A stretch of 64,000 nucleotides of DNA, from positions 26,318 through 90,317 of the forward strand of contig JAWXUX010000007.1 in assembly GCA_044426045.1 (NCBI GenBank), read 5' to 3'. The translations under genes were made by a program, and so were the position numbers. This stretch comes from Bacillota bacterium. Lineage in GTDB: Bacteria > Bacillota > Clostridia > Christensenellales > CAMQZB01. Shown here in pieces: positions 43,905 to 53,996 of the stretch (position 1 is the first letter of the stretch; every line of letters starts with the position of its first letter). Under the pieces are notes generated by a model. It ran no database searches and was not told the DNA's origin. It saw only the letters and a program-made list of their open reading frames with translations.

Positions 43905-46187
43905 TTAACCCACGTATTTACCCGTTGCGATTATAACTAGGCTGTCGCAATCTTTATATTCTGCGAGTTTTTCACTTGCCAATCGCTTTTCTTTAGCAGA
44001 CATTGTGCCAACCAATTTGACTATGTTCTCGCACTTATCTTTCAAAAGCTCGCTCAATAGTTCCACATGACCTACTCGCTCGGTCAAAACAAGTGGCGTT
44101 CTTCCATTTCCTAGTGCTGAAACAACATCACCAACTATCATTTTATTTCTCTCGCTATTTTTTGCAATGTCATTATATATTTGAGAGATTTGCTTTTCGT
44201 CTTTTATTGCCGTCACTTTCAATTTTGTAAATCTAGGGGAAATATAATGCTCAAATGGACGATTGCCCGCCTCCGTTTTGGCATCAACTCGGTATCTTAT
44301 ATCCCCACACTGCAAGAAAATTATTGGATGGTGCCCGTCTTGTCTTGTTGGAGTTGCAGTTAGCCCATAAACATACCTCGCACTTGCACACTTCAAAATC
44401 TTTTCAAAATTCACCGCCGACACATGATGGCATTCGTCAACTATTATTTGCCCATAGTTTCGCACAAGTTCCTTGACCTCGCCACCCTCAAATAGCGATT
44501 GCATAATAGCCACATCAACTTTGCCATTCAATGTGTTTTTGCCACCGCCAAGAATGCCAACTGGGCTTAACTGTTTTTTGCGTCCACGCTTTTTAGGCTG
44601 ATCTTCGACATCAATTTCTGGTTGTTGCAAAATCAAAAATTCCTCAAGTGATTTTTGCCACTGAGAAAGCAAGCTTTGAGTGTGAACTAGCACAAGGGTG
44701 TTTGTTTTATGTTTTGCTATTATATTAGCAGAAACCACCGTTTTTCCAAAAGCAGTAGTTGCAGAAAGCACCCCCGTGTCATGCGCAAGCAAAGCGTTCA
44801 CTGCCAAAGATTGTTTTTCTCGCAATTTGCCTTTAAATTCTGCTTGAATTTCCTTTCCAAAGTTCCTTTCGTCTACAATCTTATAACTCACATCTGCATT
44901 TTCCAGCATGCGAACAAGCGATTCTTTCCCTCCTCTTGGGATTGAAATATAATCACCATCATCTTCTGCAAGCGTTATTATCCGCGGTTTATTATATATC
45001 GGCAGTCGCATAGCTTGCGATTTATAGAAATCAGGATTTCTGAATGAAACCAACCTTTTAATCTGCGTTTGTACTTTTTGCGATAAACCAGCTTTACCTA
45101 TATAAATCGTTCCAGCCTCCACTATTTCCACTTCACTGCAAGTGAAATCTTCTTTTGAGATTACGGTTTTTCTAGCATTTTGCCACGGCTTTTTGTTCTC
45201 ACTTTCTTCATCTGTTGTGACTAGCTCACCTAAATCAGAATTAACGCATAGAACTGCCACTTTTCCCTCTACTTCTACAAGTGTTATCTTCTTAGCTTCA
45301 GAAAGATACGCCCATTGGTCTTTTATTGGAGCGAAATCATCATCCACAAACACACTGTTACCATTCTTTCTAGCAAGTCCTTGCAACGGCAGTGCAATAA
45401 GATTGCCAAAACCACCGTGTGGCATATTGTCTTGGTTTGGGAAAAGTCTATCGTATGAATCAAATTTGATATCGCTTCGGCTGCTCATTGCAAACGTCAA
45501 AAGACCGCTCCCCAACTTTCTTGCCAAATAGCTAGGAACGCACTCTGCAAAAAATATCCAAACATGTGCGCCGTTTCCCGAGCGAGAACGCTCAATATAT
45601 ACTGGAATTTCATGTTCTTGTGCAACTCCCTTAAAAGCTAAAACATCTTTTTCGTATTCTGCATCGTCAAAGTCCAATGCTAAAAAATGGCAAGCTTCAT
45701 CTTTTAGCATTGGATAAATTCCCAACACATCTTTCCCTTGCGAATCCTTGCCACGTAAATGATTTTCTATGACTTCATCACTTATAGATTTCAATTTCCT
45801 ATGCGGACAAGTTGCACATTTATATTTCTTTTTGTCACACAAATAACTGTTCCATTCATTTAAACAAACGGGCTGATATCCACTCTTTCCTGTTTTGGCA
45901 CTGTACCACCGCCGAGCAAATACATCATCCCGCCCCTTGAAAAGCGAGCGAAACAACGTAATTTTGTCTTCCTTTGAACTTTGCATATTAACTTGCAGTA
46001 TTTTATTTTGAGTGTTTCTATCTTCTGCTAGAACTGGCAGGCTATCTTCATTTACAGCCAATAAACTTTCTATATCTACATTTAAATCACGCAGTCTATC
46101 ACGAAAAACACCATTCTCAAACCGCAATCTTTCGTTTTCTAAAAGCAATTTGTCGTATAAAGTTTTTAATTCGTCGTAGTTATTCAT
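43905..46187 (-). CDS. AEP-helicase fragment (N-terminal 760 aa)
   Basis: Tracked ORF 43905..46208. Ends at the premature TAA between helicase motifs V and VI. Confidence 0.6.
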   Translation of the reverse strand: MNNYDELKTLYDKLLLENERLRFENGVFRDRLRDLNVDIESLLAVNEDSLPVLAEDRNTQNKILQVNMQSSKEDKITLFRSLFKGRDDVFARRWYSAKTGKSGYQPVCLNEWNSYLCDKKKYKCATCPHRKLKSISDEVIENHLRGKDSQGKDVLGIYPMLKDEACHFLALDFDDAEYEKDVLAFKGVAQEHEIPVYIERSRSGNGAHVWIFFAECVPSYLARKLGSGLLTFAMSSRSDIKFDSYDRLFPNQDNMPHGGFGNLIALPLQGLARKNGNSVFVDDDFAPIKDQWAYLSEAKKITLVEVEGKVAVLCVNSDLGELVTTDEESENKKPWQNARKTVISKEDFTCSEVEIVEAGTIYIGKAGLSQKVQTQIKRLVSFRNPDFYKSQAMRLPIYNKPRIITLAEDDGDYISIPRGGKESLVRMLENADVSYKIVDERNFGKEIQAEFKGKLREKQSLAVNALLAHDTGVLSATTAFGKTVVSANIIAKHKTNTLVLVHTQSLLSQWQKSLEEFLILQQPEIDVEDQPKKRGRKKQLSPVGILGGGKNTLNGKVDVAIMQSLFEGGEVKELVRNYGQIIVDECHHVSAVNFEKILKCASARYVYGLTATPTRQDGHHPIIFLQCGDIRYRVDAKTEAGNRPFEHYISPRFTKLKVTAIKDEKQISQIYNDIAKNSERNKMIVGDVVSALGNGRTPLVLTERVGHVELLSELLKDKCENIVKLVGTMSAKEKRLASEKLAEYKDCDSLVIIATGKYVG

Positions 46188-46194
46188 TAATTCA

Positions 46195-47157
46195 TTAAGC
46201 TTCTTCAATTAAATCAAATATTGAATTTTGCACATTTGCTCTAGTTTCAGGTGTATTTCTTACATAATTCAAGTCAAAATTCAAATCTATTGGCAGGGCT
46301 CCTTGTGCGATAAGTTGTTTATTTCCTTTATACTCGCTATTATCCCAGCAAAGTGTGTGCCCCCAATTATTTCTCAAATTCTCAGTTGCACCCGCCCATG
46401 TACCACCTTTGTTATAGTCAGCTTTCACCACAACAGTTCCCAAAGCCTGGGCATATATATATTTATTTCTTTGCATTGCCATTCCAACGTTAAATCCCGC
46501 ACTAGGACTGCTTGCGGAAATCAACACTAGCTTGCCATCACGTATCGCTTTCGCTGTTTTGCCATTTTTAATTTTCCTAGCCATAGAATCCGACAAAAAT
46601 TCAATCGCAACACCACCGATATTGATAGCTTCACTTGTTGCAACAGTATCCACTCCTTTAGCTCCGCCAGAAGCAATATAAAATTGTGATTCAACTGCTT
46701 TTTTAACCATTTCTTCAGTAAATTTCACATCTGCTCCTGAGACATTTCTTGAGCCGACATATCCAATAGACTCATTGTTTAACAAGTCGATATCTCCACA
46801 ATAATAAAATAGCGGTGGACAGCTTTGCTTAAGCTTTCTTTTTAAATTTTTTGGATACTCATCATCTGCTCTTGTCACTATGTTTATACCCATGCCATTC
46901 AGCTTTTCAATCTCAAACGCTAAACTGCCACCTCTATCTAGCAATCGTTTTATTCTATCTGCTTTACCACTATCAAAGCACAGAATATCATTAAAATCTG
47001 CTATACCAAAATCCAGCAAATCTTGTGGCGATTTTTTATGGACAATCAGTTGACTGGAAATTTCTGCCCACTCTTTTGGGAGCAATGGACTTATTCCTTC
47101 ACCAACACCAATATGGCTGCACAAACAGAATATTACTTCGCTAATTTTATTTTTCAT
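46195..47157 (-). CDS. DprA/Smf-like (SLOG Rossmann) protein
   Basis: GYVGSRNVSGADV...ASGGAKGVDTVATSEAI...QRNKYIYA. Start overlaps the RecQ stop (TAATG). Confidence 0.8.
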   Translation of the reverse strand: MKNKISEVIFCLCSHIGVGEGISPLLPKEWAEISSQLIVHKKSPQDLLDFGIADFNDILCFDSGKADRIKRLLDRGGSLAFEIEKLNGMGINIVTRADDEYPKNLKRKLKQSCPPLFYYCGDIDLLNNESIGYVGSRNVSGADVKFTEEMVKKAVESQFYIASGGAKGVDTVATSEAINIGGVAIEFLSDSMARKIKNGKTAKAIRDGKLVLISASSPSAGFNVGMAMQRNKYIYAQALGTVVVKADYNKGGTWAGATENLRNNWGHTLCWDNSEYKGNKQLIAQGALPIDLNFDLNYVRNTPETRANVQNSIFDLIEEA

Positions 47158-49214
47158 TATAACTCCTTACTACTGCTATCTGCAAGTGCAAAAGGGAAAA
47201 CACATTGTACACCTTTTTCCATTAATTTATATCCACACACGGTCAAAGTCCATTTTGAATCTATAACATCATCAACCAATATGATTTTTTCAGGAAAATT
47301 TTCTACATTTTTCACTGAAAATGATTTTTGGGCGTTATAGCACTGAAATGAACTATTCTCCATTTCTTTTTGCACTTTTGCCTCACTTTTATCAATCAAT
47401 GATACAAATTCTAATTTTAACGATTGAGCTAATCTCTTTGCAAAATCTTCAACTATGTCACTTCTCAATGAAGGAACGCACGTGATGTGGGTGTATCCCG
47501 CACCTCTTAACTTTTCGGATAGCACTTTTGCACTCTTTCCCACCAATTCATCACTAAATCTTTTTTCTATATATTTACCCTTCTTAACCAATTCCCCATA
47601 ACCTGGGTCTCCATATTTACTCAAACAAATTCCAATTTCATTTAAAGGTTTTATTTTGCTAGCCTTCGGAGTTATAGATGTTGTTGCCCACATCTTTCTC
47701 GGCTCTATAGGAATGGTTAAGCTATTCAAATATTCGAGTGCTCCACTTCTCTCTTCATTTGACAGTTCGGTATTAAAGATATCATGTCCCAAACAGTTTG
47801 CACATTTGCCACAATTTTTTCCATTGTCATCATCTAAGCAATTAACAACAAATTTACTATAGCATGAATTGATTTCTACAAGATCTTTAATTTGCTCTTT
47901 TTCTCTTCTTCTTATGGCTTTTATCTCTTCATAATGTTTTTCATTATATTCATACTTATTCGTCGTTATATAATAATAGTTTTTTTCTTTATAGATAGCA
48001 CGTTCATTTTCTAGAAAATTTAAAGTCTTTTCAATATTGCTTTTGCGTTTATTGACATAACTTGATATTTGCCCTAGTCTTATTCCATCATGCCCCCCAA
48101 TCACACCATAAACTTGTTCACATTCGTCCCTTGATGGAAATGCGGTTTCTATAAAATATTCAGTTATATTGTCATCCTCTTCTCCCGAAAGCAAAATTGC
48201 ATAAGCCTTATCTATATTTCTTCCCGCTCTGCCAATTTGTTGATAGTATGTAACGATATTTGCAGGTTTTTGAAAATGAATAACGAAACCTATATCACCC
48301 TTATCATACCCCATACCAAGCTTGATTGTGGCAACGATAACCTTGATTTTATTTTTTGAAAACTTCTCAAGAGCAATCCTGTTTTGCTCTTCATTTTCAC
48401 TTCTTGAATAATAAGGCGCTGAACTTATTCCATTTTTATTCAAAAAGGAAGATAAATAATCACAATCTCTTTGCGTTAAACAATATATAATTCCCGTGCC
48501 TGGCAACTTGTTAATATTTTTCAAAATCCAAGCATATCTATCCGCCCTATCTTTCATCTTAACGACTTGAATAGCTAGTGATTCTCTTGTGAGTGGTCCT
48601 CTTGAAACAAATACATCTTCTCCAAGCTGAACTTTCAAATCTTCAACAACACGATCGTTTGCAGTTGCCGTAGTTGCAAGTATTGGTATATTTGATAGGG
48701 TGGACTTTATAACTTTATATAAATTACTATATTTCAATCTGAAATCGTGCCCCCAATCAGATATGCAGTGTGCTTCATCAATCACAAACAACCCAATTCT
48801 TATGCTGTGAATTGCTTCTTGCACTTCTTGCAAAAACAAAGTCTCTGGCGTTATAAGCAACAAATCAATTTCATCATCTTTTAAACTTTGGATTATTTCA
48901 CTCCGCCTTTCTGCAGTAGTCGAATTCAGCTGTTCGCACCTGAGCCCCAATTTATTAGCTGCTTGTATTTGATTTTCCATAAGAACTAACAATGGACTTA
49001 TGACAAATGTTGTGCCTTTACCTTGTTTTCTCAATAGTTTAGTGCAAACGAAATATACTAAACTCTTACCCCAACCTGTCTTTTGAACAACTAGCGTCCT
49101 CTTTTTTGTCATCGTTTCTTCAATCGCTTCATATTGACCATCGCGAAAATCGCTATTGCTACCATATAAAGTATGCAAAATTTCATAACTTTCATTTTTT
49201 AGCTCAGTGTTCAT
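47157..49214 (-). CDS. recQ: RecQ-family helicase fused to a C-terminal phosphoribosyltransferase (ComF-like) domain
   Basis: QKTGWGKSL, DEAHCISDWGHDFR, QQIGRAGR and the zinc motif CGKCANC. PRTase motif IILVDDVIDSKWT near the C-terminus. Confidence 0.85.
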   Translation of the reverse strand: MNTELKNESYEILHTLYGSNSDFRDGQYEAIEETMTKKRTLVVQKTGWGKSLVYFVCTKLLRKQGKGTTFVISPLLVLMENQIQAANKLGLRCEQLNSTTAERRSEIIQSLKDDEIDLLLITPETLFLQEVQEAIHSIRIGLFVIDEAHCISDWGHDFRLKYSNLYKVIKSTLSNIPILATTATANDRVVEDLKVQLGEDVFVSRGPLTRESLAIQVVKMKDRADRYAWILKNINKLPGTGIIYCLTQRDCDYLSSFLNKNGISSAPYYSRSENEEQNRIALEKFSKNKIKVIVATIKLGMGYDKGDIGFVIHFQKPANIVTYYQQIGRAGRNIDKAYAILLSGEEDDNITEYFIETAFPSRDECEQVYGVIGGHDGIRLGQISSYVNKRKSNIEKTLNFLENERAIYKEKNYYYITTNKYEYNEKHYEEIKAIRRREKEQIKDLVEINSCYSKFVVNCLDDDNGKNCGKCANCLGHDIFNTELSNEERSGALEYLNSLTIPIEPRKMWATTSITPKASKIKPLNEIGICLSKYGDPGYGELVKKGKYIEKRFSDELVGKSAKVLSEKLRGAGYTHITCVPSLRSDIVEDFAKRLAQSLKLEFVSLIDKSEAKVQKEMENSSFQCYNAQKSFSVKNVENFPEKIILVDDVIDSKWTLTVCGYKLMEKGVQCVFPFALADSSSKEL

Positions 49215-49353
49215 ATTTTATTCCCTTATTTGTTTTATATTTAGCAACTGCGTTATTAAAAATCTAATTCTCTCGTTATAATCCTGAAAAAAATCTGCCG
49301 ACCAGATATCTAGTGATTTCAATGCTTTTGTATTCCAGAATAAAGAACAACTT

Positions 49354-50349
49354 CTACTTTTTAGACGTTTCTATTTGCTTTTGCGTTTTTTTCAACGCAT
49401 CAATATATTCTTTTTCGACTGGAGAAAGCAACTCATCTTCTAGTTTCTTATATTTTTCATATTCTTGATCTGCTTTGATAATCGCCTGTTTATTGCTTAT
49501 GCTCCCACCACCAATCAACACACCTTGTCCGTATCTTTGTGCAAAATCATCAATTTCTACGACCCAATCTTTCATATACATTGGCTCTCTTCTCATTGCC
49601 CTTAGTTCTGCCAAATCAAAAAAAGCAGTCACCAAACGATTTAACACAGCAAGTTCATCTTCTTTTAAATAGTTCTTGGCTATTCTAGTTTCACTTTTTA
49701 TTGGTCTATCCCCTTTGAAAGTTGTTAAACCCATAAATGGCAACTCTGAATTGGCACGCTGATATATAACTTCCGATGCTGTGCTTTTATGTGTTGCATA
49801 ATGGAGTTTATTTTGCACAACCTTGAAAAACTCTACTGTTTCTTCTGCCTTTGGACTATAATCAACACTAGTTGCATATAAGTCCAAAACTTGCCTATAC
49901 AAAACTTTTTCGCTAGAACGAATATCTCTTATCCTTTCAAGCAGTTCTTTCCAATAACTTCCGCCACCAGCTTGTTTCAGTTTTTCATCATTTATAGTGA
50001 ATCCTTTTATTAAATATTCTCTTAAAATATTCATCGCCCATTTTCTAAACTCTGTGCCACGAAGGGACTTCACTCGATATCCTACTGAAATTATAACATC
50101 TAAATTGTATAATTTTACCCTATAACTCTTGCCGTCACTTGCAGTTGTCAAGGATTCCTTGACAACTGCAATCTCATCAAGTTCACCCTCTTTGAATGTA
50201 TTATTTATATGCAAACTTATATTTTGTTTGCTTGTTTGAAAAAGCTCTGTCATTTGCATTTGAGAAAGCCAAACTGTTTCGTCCTCCACTTGAACATCTA
50301 TTTTAGTTGAGCCATCTATTGATGTATAAATTATCATTTCGCTATTCAT
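49354..50349 (-). CDS. RhuM family (virulence-associated) protein
   Basis: VWLSQMQMTELFQTSKQNISLHI...YNLDVIISVGYRVKS..GTEFRKWA is typical of RhuM. Confidence 0.8.
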   Translation of the reverse strand: MNSEMIIYTSIDGSTKIDVQVEDETVWLSQMQMTELFQTSKQNISLHINNTFKEGELDEIAVVKESLTTASDGKSYRVKLYNLDVIISVGYRVKSLRGTEFRKWAMNILREYLIKGFTINDEKLKQAGGGSYWKELLERIRDIRSSEKVLYRQVLDLYATSVDYSPKAEETVEFFKVVQNKLHYATHKSTASEVIYQRANSELPFMGLTTFKGDRPIKSETRIAKNYLKEDELAVLNRLVTAFFDLAELRAMRREPMYMKDWVVEIDDFAQRYGQGVLIGGGSISNKQAIIKADQEYEKYKKLEDELLSPVEKEYIDALKKTQKQIETSKK

Positions 50350-50467
50350 GCCACCCTCCCCACATAAGTTACTTTTGTGAATTATTCATATTACATTAAA
50401 TTTTATCACGATATATTAAATTTGTCAATGTTTGCGGGCAATTAACCGCTAGTTCATTGCATTAAAG

Positions 50468-51991
50468 CTATATCCCCCTCACCACCGATTCTCCGCCCTT
50501 AAATTCTAGTTTTAGGGTGGTTTTGTTTATGACTATTATTCTTTGCAGCAGGCTTTTCATTAGTGCTGTGTCGAACGATTGGAGCAGGGTGGCTTGTTTG
50601 GATATTTCTAGGATTTTGGCTTTTCTTGATTCGGTTAGGATTTTTTCTGCGTTTAGGGTTTTTATTTTGGCTTGTGCGGATTCTTTTGCCCTCAGTTCTT
50701 TGGATAGGATTTCTATTTGATTTTGATAGACATCATCAGTTATTTCGCTGTTTTTTCTTGCGGTATGCAAAGCTATGGCTTGTTGTTGCAAGGTTATTAT
50801 TTCTTCTTCTATTGTGTCTATTTCAGCTGTTTTATCGGCGTTTATTGCTGCCTCTATTGTATTTGTTATTTGATTTGCATTCAACATATTTTCTGCCAAC
50901 TCTTTCAGTGCAGATAGGTAGGCTTTTTCAACGTCGGATTCTTTCAGCGTTATACTCTCGCATTTGCCATCGTGGTTTGCTATTCTGTGAGTGCAGACCC
51001 ATGTTGGGATTTCTTTGCCGTTTGGGTTCTTTCTTATCAGCCTTCTATATCTTGACATACAGTCTCCACAGATTATCATGCCACTGAATGGGTATTTGCT
51101 GACGTATTTTCCTTCGCCTGTTTTGGTTGCGTAGTCAGCTTTTTTTCTTATTTTTATCTCCTCCTGAACTAGGTCGAAAAATTCTTTTTCTATTATTGCA
51201 GGGTGACTGTTTTCCACATAGTACATTGGCATTTTGCCGTCGTTCTTTATACGTTTAGGACTCAGCACATCAGGTTTATAGGTTTTGCCTAGAATTGCAT
51301 CACCTTTATATTTGATGTTTTCAAGCATACGCATAATTGTTGAGCGTTGCCAATTTGTTCCGTTTCGCTTTGTTGGGATATCATCACGTTTGAGACCATC
51401 GACTATTTGGTTCACAGAATATCCACATAGGTATTCCCTGAATATCCTTTTGACAATATCCCCCTCTTCTTCCACAATTTCTAGCGTGTTATCTTCTGTC
51501 ATTTTATAACCCAACACGCCTTTTCCAACAACCACATGACCTTTAGAAAATTTTTCTTCATACGCCCATTTTTGGTTTAGACTATTGGTGCTGACATCGT
51601 TTTCCGCAATGCTCGCAGCTATTATAAGGTAGATTTCACTGCTGGTTTGAAACGTGGATATGTGTTCTTTATCAAAGATAACTTCCACGTTCATATCTCG
51701 CAGTTCTCTCACTGTTTGCAAAAGCTCTGCCGTGTTTCTTCCGAACCTTTGCACTGATTTTGTGTATATCACATCAATCCCACCAGCTTTGCAATCTTCT
51801 ATCATTTTCACGAACTGCAGCCTTTTTTCTTGCGTTCTGCCACTGATTCCTTTATCTGCATATATTCCGCAAAGCTCCACTTCTTCGCTTCTTTCAAGAT
51901 GCTCTTGCCAATAGCATTTCTGAAACTCAAAGCTGTGCGATCCGCCATCACTTTTGCCAGATACTCTGATATACGCCACTGCTTTTTTCAT
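50468..51991 (-). CDS. large serine recombinase
   Basis: N-terminal resolvase domain AVAYIRVSG...YADKGISG...SVQRFGRN, a recombinase domain, a Cys zinc ribbon (CGDC...C..C) and a C-terminal coiled coil. Confidence 0.9.
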   Translation of the reverse strand: MKKAVAYIRVSGKSDGGSHSFEFQKCYWQEHLERSEEVELCGIYADKGISGRTQEKRLQFVKMIEDCKAGGIDVIYTKSVQRFGRNTAELLQTVRELRDMNVEVIFDKEHISTFQTSSEIYLIIAASIAENDVSTNSLNQKWAYEEKFSKGHVVVGKGVLGYKMTEDNTLEIVEEEGDIVKRIFREYLCGYSVNQIVDGLKRDDIPTKRNGTNWQRSTIMRMLENIKYKGDAILGKTYKPDVLSPKRIKNDGKMPMYYVENSHPAIIEKEFFDLVQEEIKIRKKADYATKTGEGKYVSKYPFSGMIICGDCMSRYRRLIRKNPNGKEIPTWVCTHRIANHDGKCESITLKESDVEKAYLSALKELAENMLNANQITNTIEAAINADKTAEIDTIEEEIITLQQQAIALHTARKNSEITDDVYQNQIEILSKELRAKESAQAKIKTLNAEKILTESRKAKILEISKQATLLQSFDTALMKSLLQRIIVINKTTLKLEFKGGESVVRGI

Positions 51992-52225
51992 AACTTTACC
52001 TCCTTATATTTTTACAAACACACAATACCGCAAAGAACTTTTTAAGTCTAGTAAATAAGTTCTTCACGAGCATTTATTTTGCTCCTCTGCCAATTTTTCT
52101 ATCTTTCGTTTTTCCTTGAACGTTATAAGCCCCATCAGCCATAATTTATTTGCAAGTGCCTTTGTATATATTATATTGAAATTAATTTTATCTATCATCG
52201 TTTTCCCTTTGCCCACTTTTGGGCA

Positions 52226-52258
52226 TGAAAAAAGCATCATCCGAGGATAATGCTTTTT
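52226..52258 (-). terminator. rho-independent terminator (bidirectional)
   Basis: Stem AAAGCATCATCC/GGATAATGCTTT flanked by an A-run and a T-run. Lies after the Bro-N gene. Confidence 0.6.
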
Positions 52259-52325
52259 GGTTTGTTTATTTTACTTTCAAACCGTGACAAATTGTCACGA
52301 ACTGAATTATACTACCTTTTCGTTA

Positions 52326-53174
52326 CTAATCATTATCTTCATCGAGTTGATGCTGAATTTTCACTTCTAAAGCTGGTTTATCTTTTGCATTTAACGACGA
52401 AACAACCGACATCCCCAACTCTTCTTCAATGTTATTACGAGCGTTCTTAGCAACTTTTCCGCCACGTCCAGCCACATTTTTATTCTCATCAAAAGTCTTT
52501 GGCTTAACTTGTTTTGATATCGCAGTCGTTGTTACTTCCGCAAGCTGTGCAAGTGTGAGTTCAATATCCGTCATATTATCACGAAGATTTTCTTTTTTCA
52601 AATCCTTGAGCTGTTTGTATTCTGACGTTGTCATTCCACTCCACGCTTTTAACATTTCGTTTGTGAGTATTGCATAATCTCTTTGGTCTTCAACTCCCCT
52701 TGTTTGCCATTCGTCAGTAAGTTTCTTTCTCATCTCAATGGTTTGAAGTCTTTGATTTATCCAACCTTCCGTATATCCCTTTTTGCGATAATAATCTGCA
52801 CCACGAAGAATAGCTTTCTCTGGGTCTGCCATTTCATCAAGCCTTTGACTGCCAACTTCCGCAAGCCACATTTTGAACGGTTCTGCGTTCTTTGATGGAA
52901 TAGATTGGATAAGGCGGAGTATTCCTTTGGTATCAAGCACGTCGGTTTTGTATTTTTTGCCGTCAGATGCCTCTAATTTCAGTTGCACGATTTCTTCGTG
53001 CAACTGACTGCCTTCTGCTTTTAGCTTCCTTTTTAAGTCACTCCAATAATTTCTTGGAATATTACTCTCACTTAAAACTCCACATACATCAACAACAGAA
53101 AAGTACCATTCTTCCTTTTCTGCATCCCATTGCGACCTTATTTTTCTTTCGTGAAATAATTGTATCTTTCCCAT
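52326..53174 (-). CDS. Bro-N / DinD-like DNA-binding (antirepressor-type) protein
   Basis: IRSQWDAEKEEWYFSVVDVCGVLSES...PFKMWLAEVG. ATG at 53174 is preceded by AAGAGG. Confidence 0.7.
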   Translation of the reverse strand: MGKIQLFHERKIRSQWDAEKEEWYFSVVDVCGVLSESNIPRNYWSDLKRKLKAEGSQLHEEIVQLKLEASDGKKYKTDVLDTKGILRLIQSIPSKNAEPFKMWLAEVGSQRLDEMADPEKAILRGADYYRKKGYTEGWINQRLQTIEMRKKLTDEWQTRGVEDQRDYAILTNEMLKAWSGMTTSEYKQLKDLKKENLRDNMTDIELTLAQLAEVTTTAISKQVKPKTFDENKNVAGRGGKVAKNARNNIEEELGMSVVSSLNAKDKPALEVKIQHQLDEDND

Positions 53175-53285
53175 AATTAACCTCTTTTTTAATACCGTAA
53201 GTATAGCACAATTAATCGCTTTTGTAAAGATGAAAAGCAAAATACAACAGCCGTTTTCAGCGTTGCCTTGATATTCTATTACTTT

Positions 53286-53495
53286 TTACTTGAGATTTCT
53301 CGCTGACTCATAGCCGATTCCCACGCCCACTTTGAACGCTAGGCTAAATGTTTCTAGTCTTTCTATTGCTGTCATTTCTGCCATTAGCTCCCTTGCTTTT
53401 TCTAGCCACTCTCTTTGTTCTGCCGTTAGGTCTTTTTCAAGTTTTTCGTCCACTGCACCAAGCAGTTTCCTGAGTTGATGCCATTCTTCTGGCAT
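53286..53495 (-). CDS. small helical protein; probably the frameshifted C-terminal part of the upstream ORF
   Basis: Its frame is open upstream to a TAG at about 53550, encoding AKKKAYDGNISGYDIQ before the Met. It overlaps ORF 53426..53914 in another frame. Confidence 0.45.
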   Translation of the reverse strand: MPEEWHQLRKLLGAVDEKLEKDLTAEQREWLEKARELMAEMTAIERLETFSLAFKVGVGIGYESARNLK

Positions 53496-53914
53496 TTGAA
53501 TATCATAGCCACTGATGTTACCATCATAAGCTTTCTTCTTTGCCTATAAATATTTCTAATTTCCAAAACCCAATCACCTTTCGCACTTACATCATCAATC
53601 TTTGTGTTAAGCCATAGCGCTATCATATAAGATTCATCCATTTCTTCATCAATGTCTGCAGAATTCACTAGACCAATAATATCAAACTTACTCAATCCAA
53701 CACTACACTCAGCTTTGCGCAGATATATTCTATACTCACCATCATCAAACAAATATTTAGCATAAAAATATTCTCCACATTTCCACTCCCTCACTTGAGA
53801 CATGTGTCCCAAGTATTCTCTTAACTCACTTTTTACTTCAGCTATCGAAATTGCATACTTAATTTGATCATCAAAATCCGCTTTTCCCTCCTTCGTCATT
53901 ACTACTTCAATCAT
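53426..53914 (-). CDS. hypothetical protein (mobile-element associated); the 3' end is likely out of frame
   Basis: GGGAGAA RBS. The last ~40 aa (RQRRKLMMVTSVAMIFKCQKNG...) look like out-of-frame translation. Confidence 0.5.
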   Translation of the reverse strand: MIEVVMTKEGKADFDDQIKYAISIAEVKSELREYLGHMSQVREWKCGEYFYAKYLFDDGEYRIYLRKAECSVGLSKFDIIGLVNSADIDEEMDESYMIALWLNTKIDDVSAKGDWVLEIRNIYRQRRKLMMVTSVAMIFKCQKNGINSGNCLVQWTKNLKKT

Positions 53915-53996
53915 ATTTCTCCCTGTTATTATGTAAGCATTGTTGCGAACACTAGCCTTTAAATTAAGGCTCAGATGCCCTGAGCCTCTTTCCTGT

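Larger units (their letters stand above)
43254..46187 (-). pseudogene. AEP primase-polymerase / SF2 helicase / HKD(PLD)-like fusion protein interrupted by an in-frame TAA
   Basis: AEP motifs LALDFDD and SGNGAHVW. Helicase motifs TAFGKT, VDECHH, LTATP and QYAGRLHR. HKD-like VHQNFAVIDCKITWYGNIN. The TAA at 43905-43907 sits where GKYVG-E-GFDFP is expected, and both ORFs are in the same frame. The start is either ATG 46187 or TTG 46208. Confidence 0.8.

Noticed and set aside
1758-52895. Numerous tracked ORFs antisense to or nested within long genes (for example 1758..2078, 2776..3009, 8042..8448, 14782..15120, 29028..29345, 40159..40770, 50563..51087)
   Set aside because: They lie inside well-supported genes on the opposite strand or in another frame. 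They lack RBS motifs and have biased, low-complexity translations.
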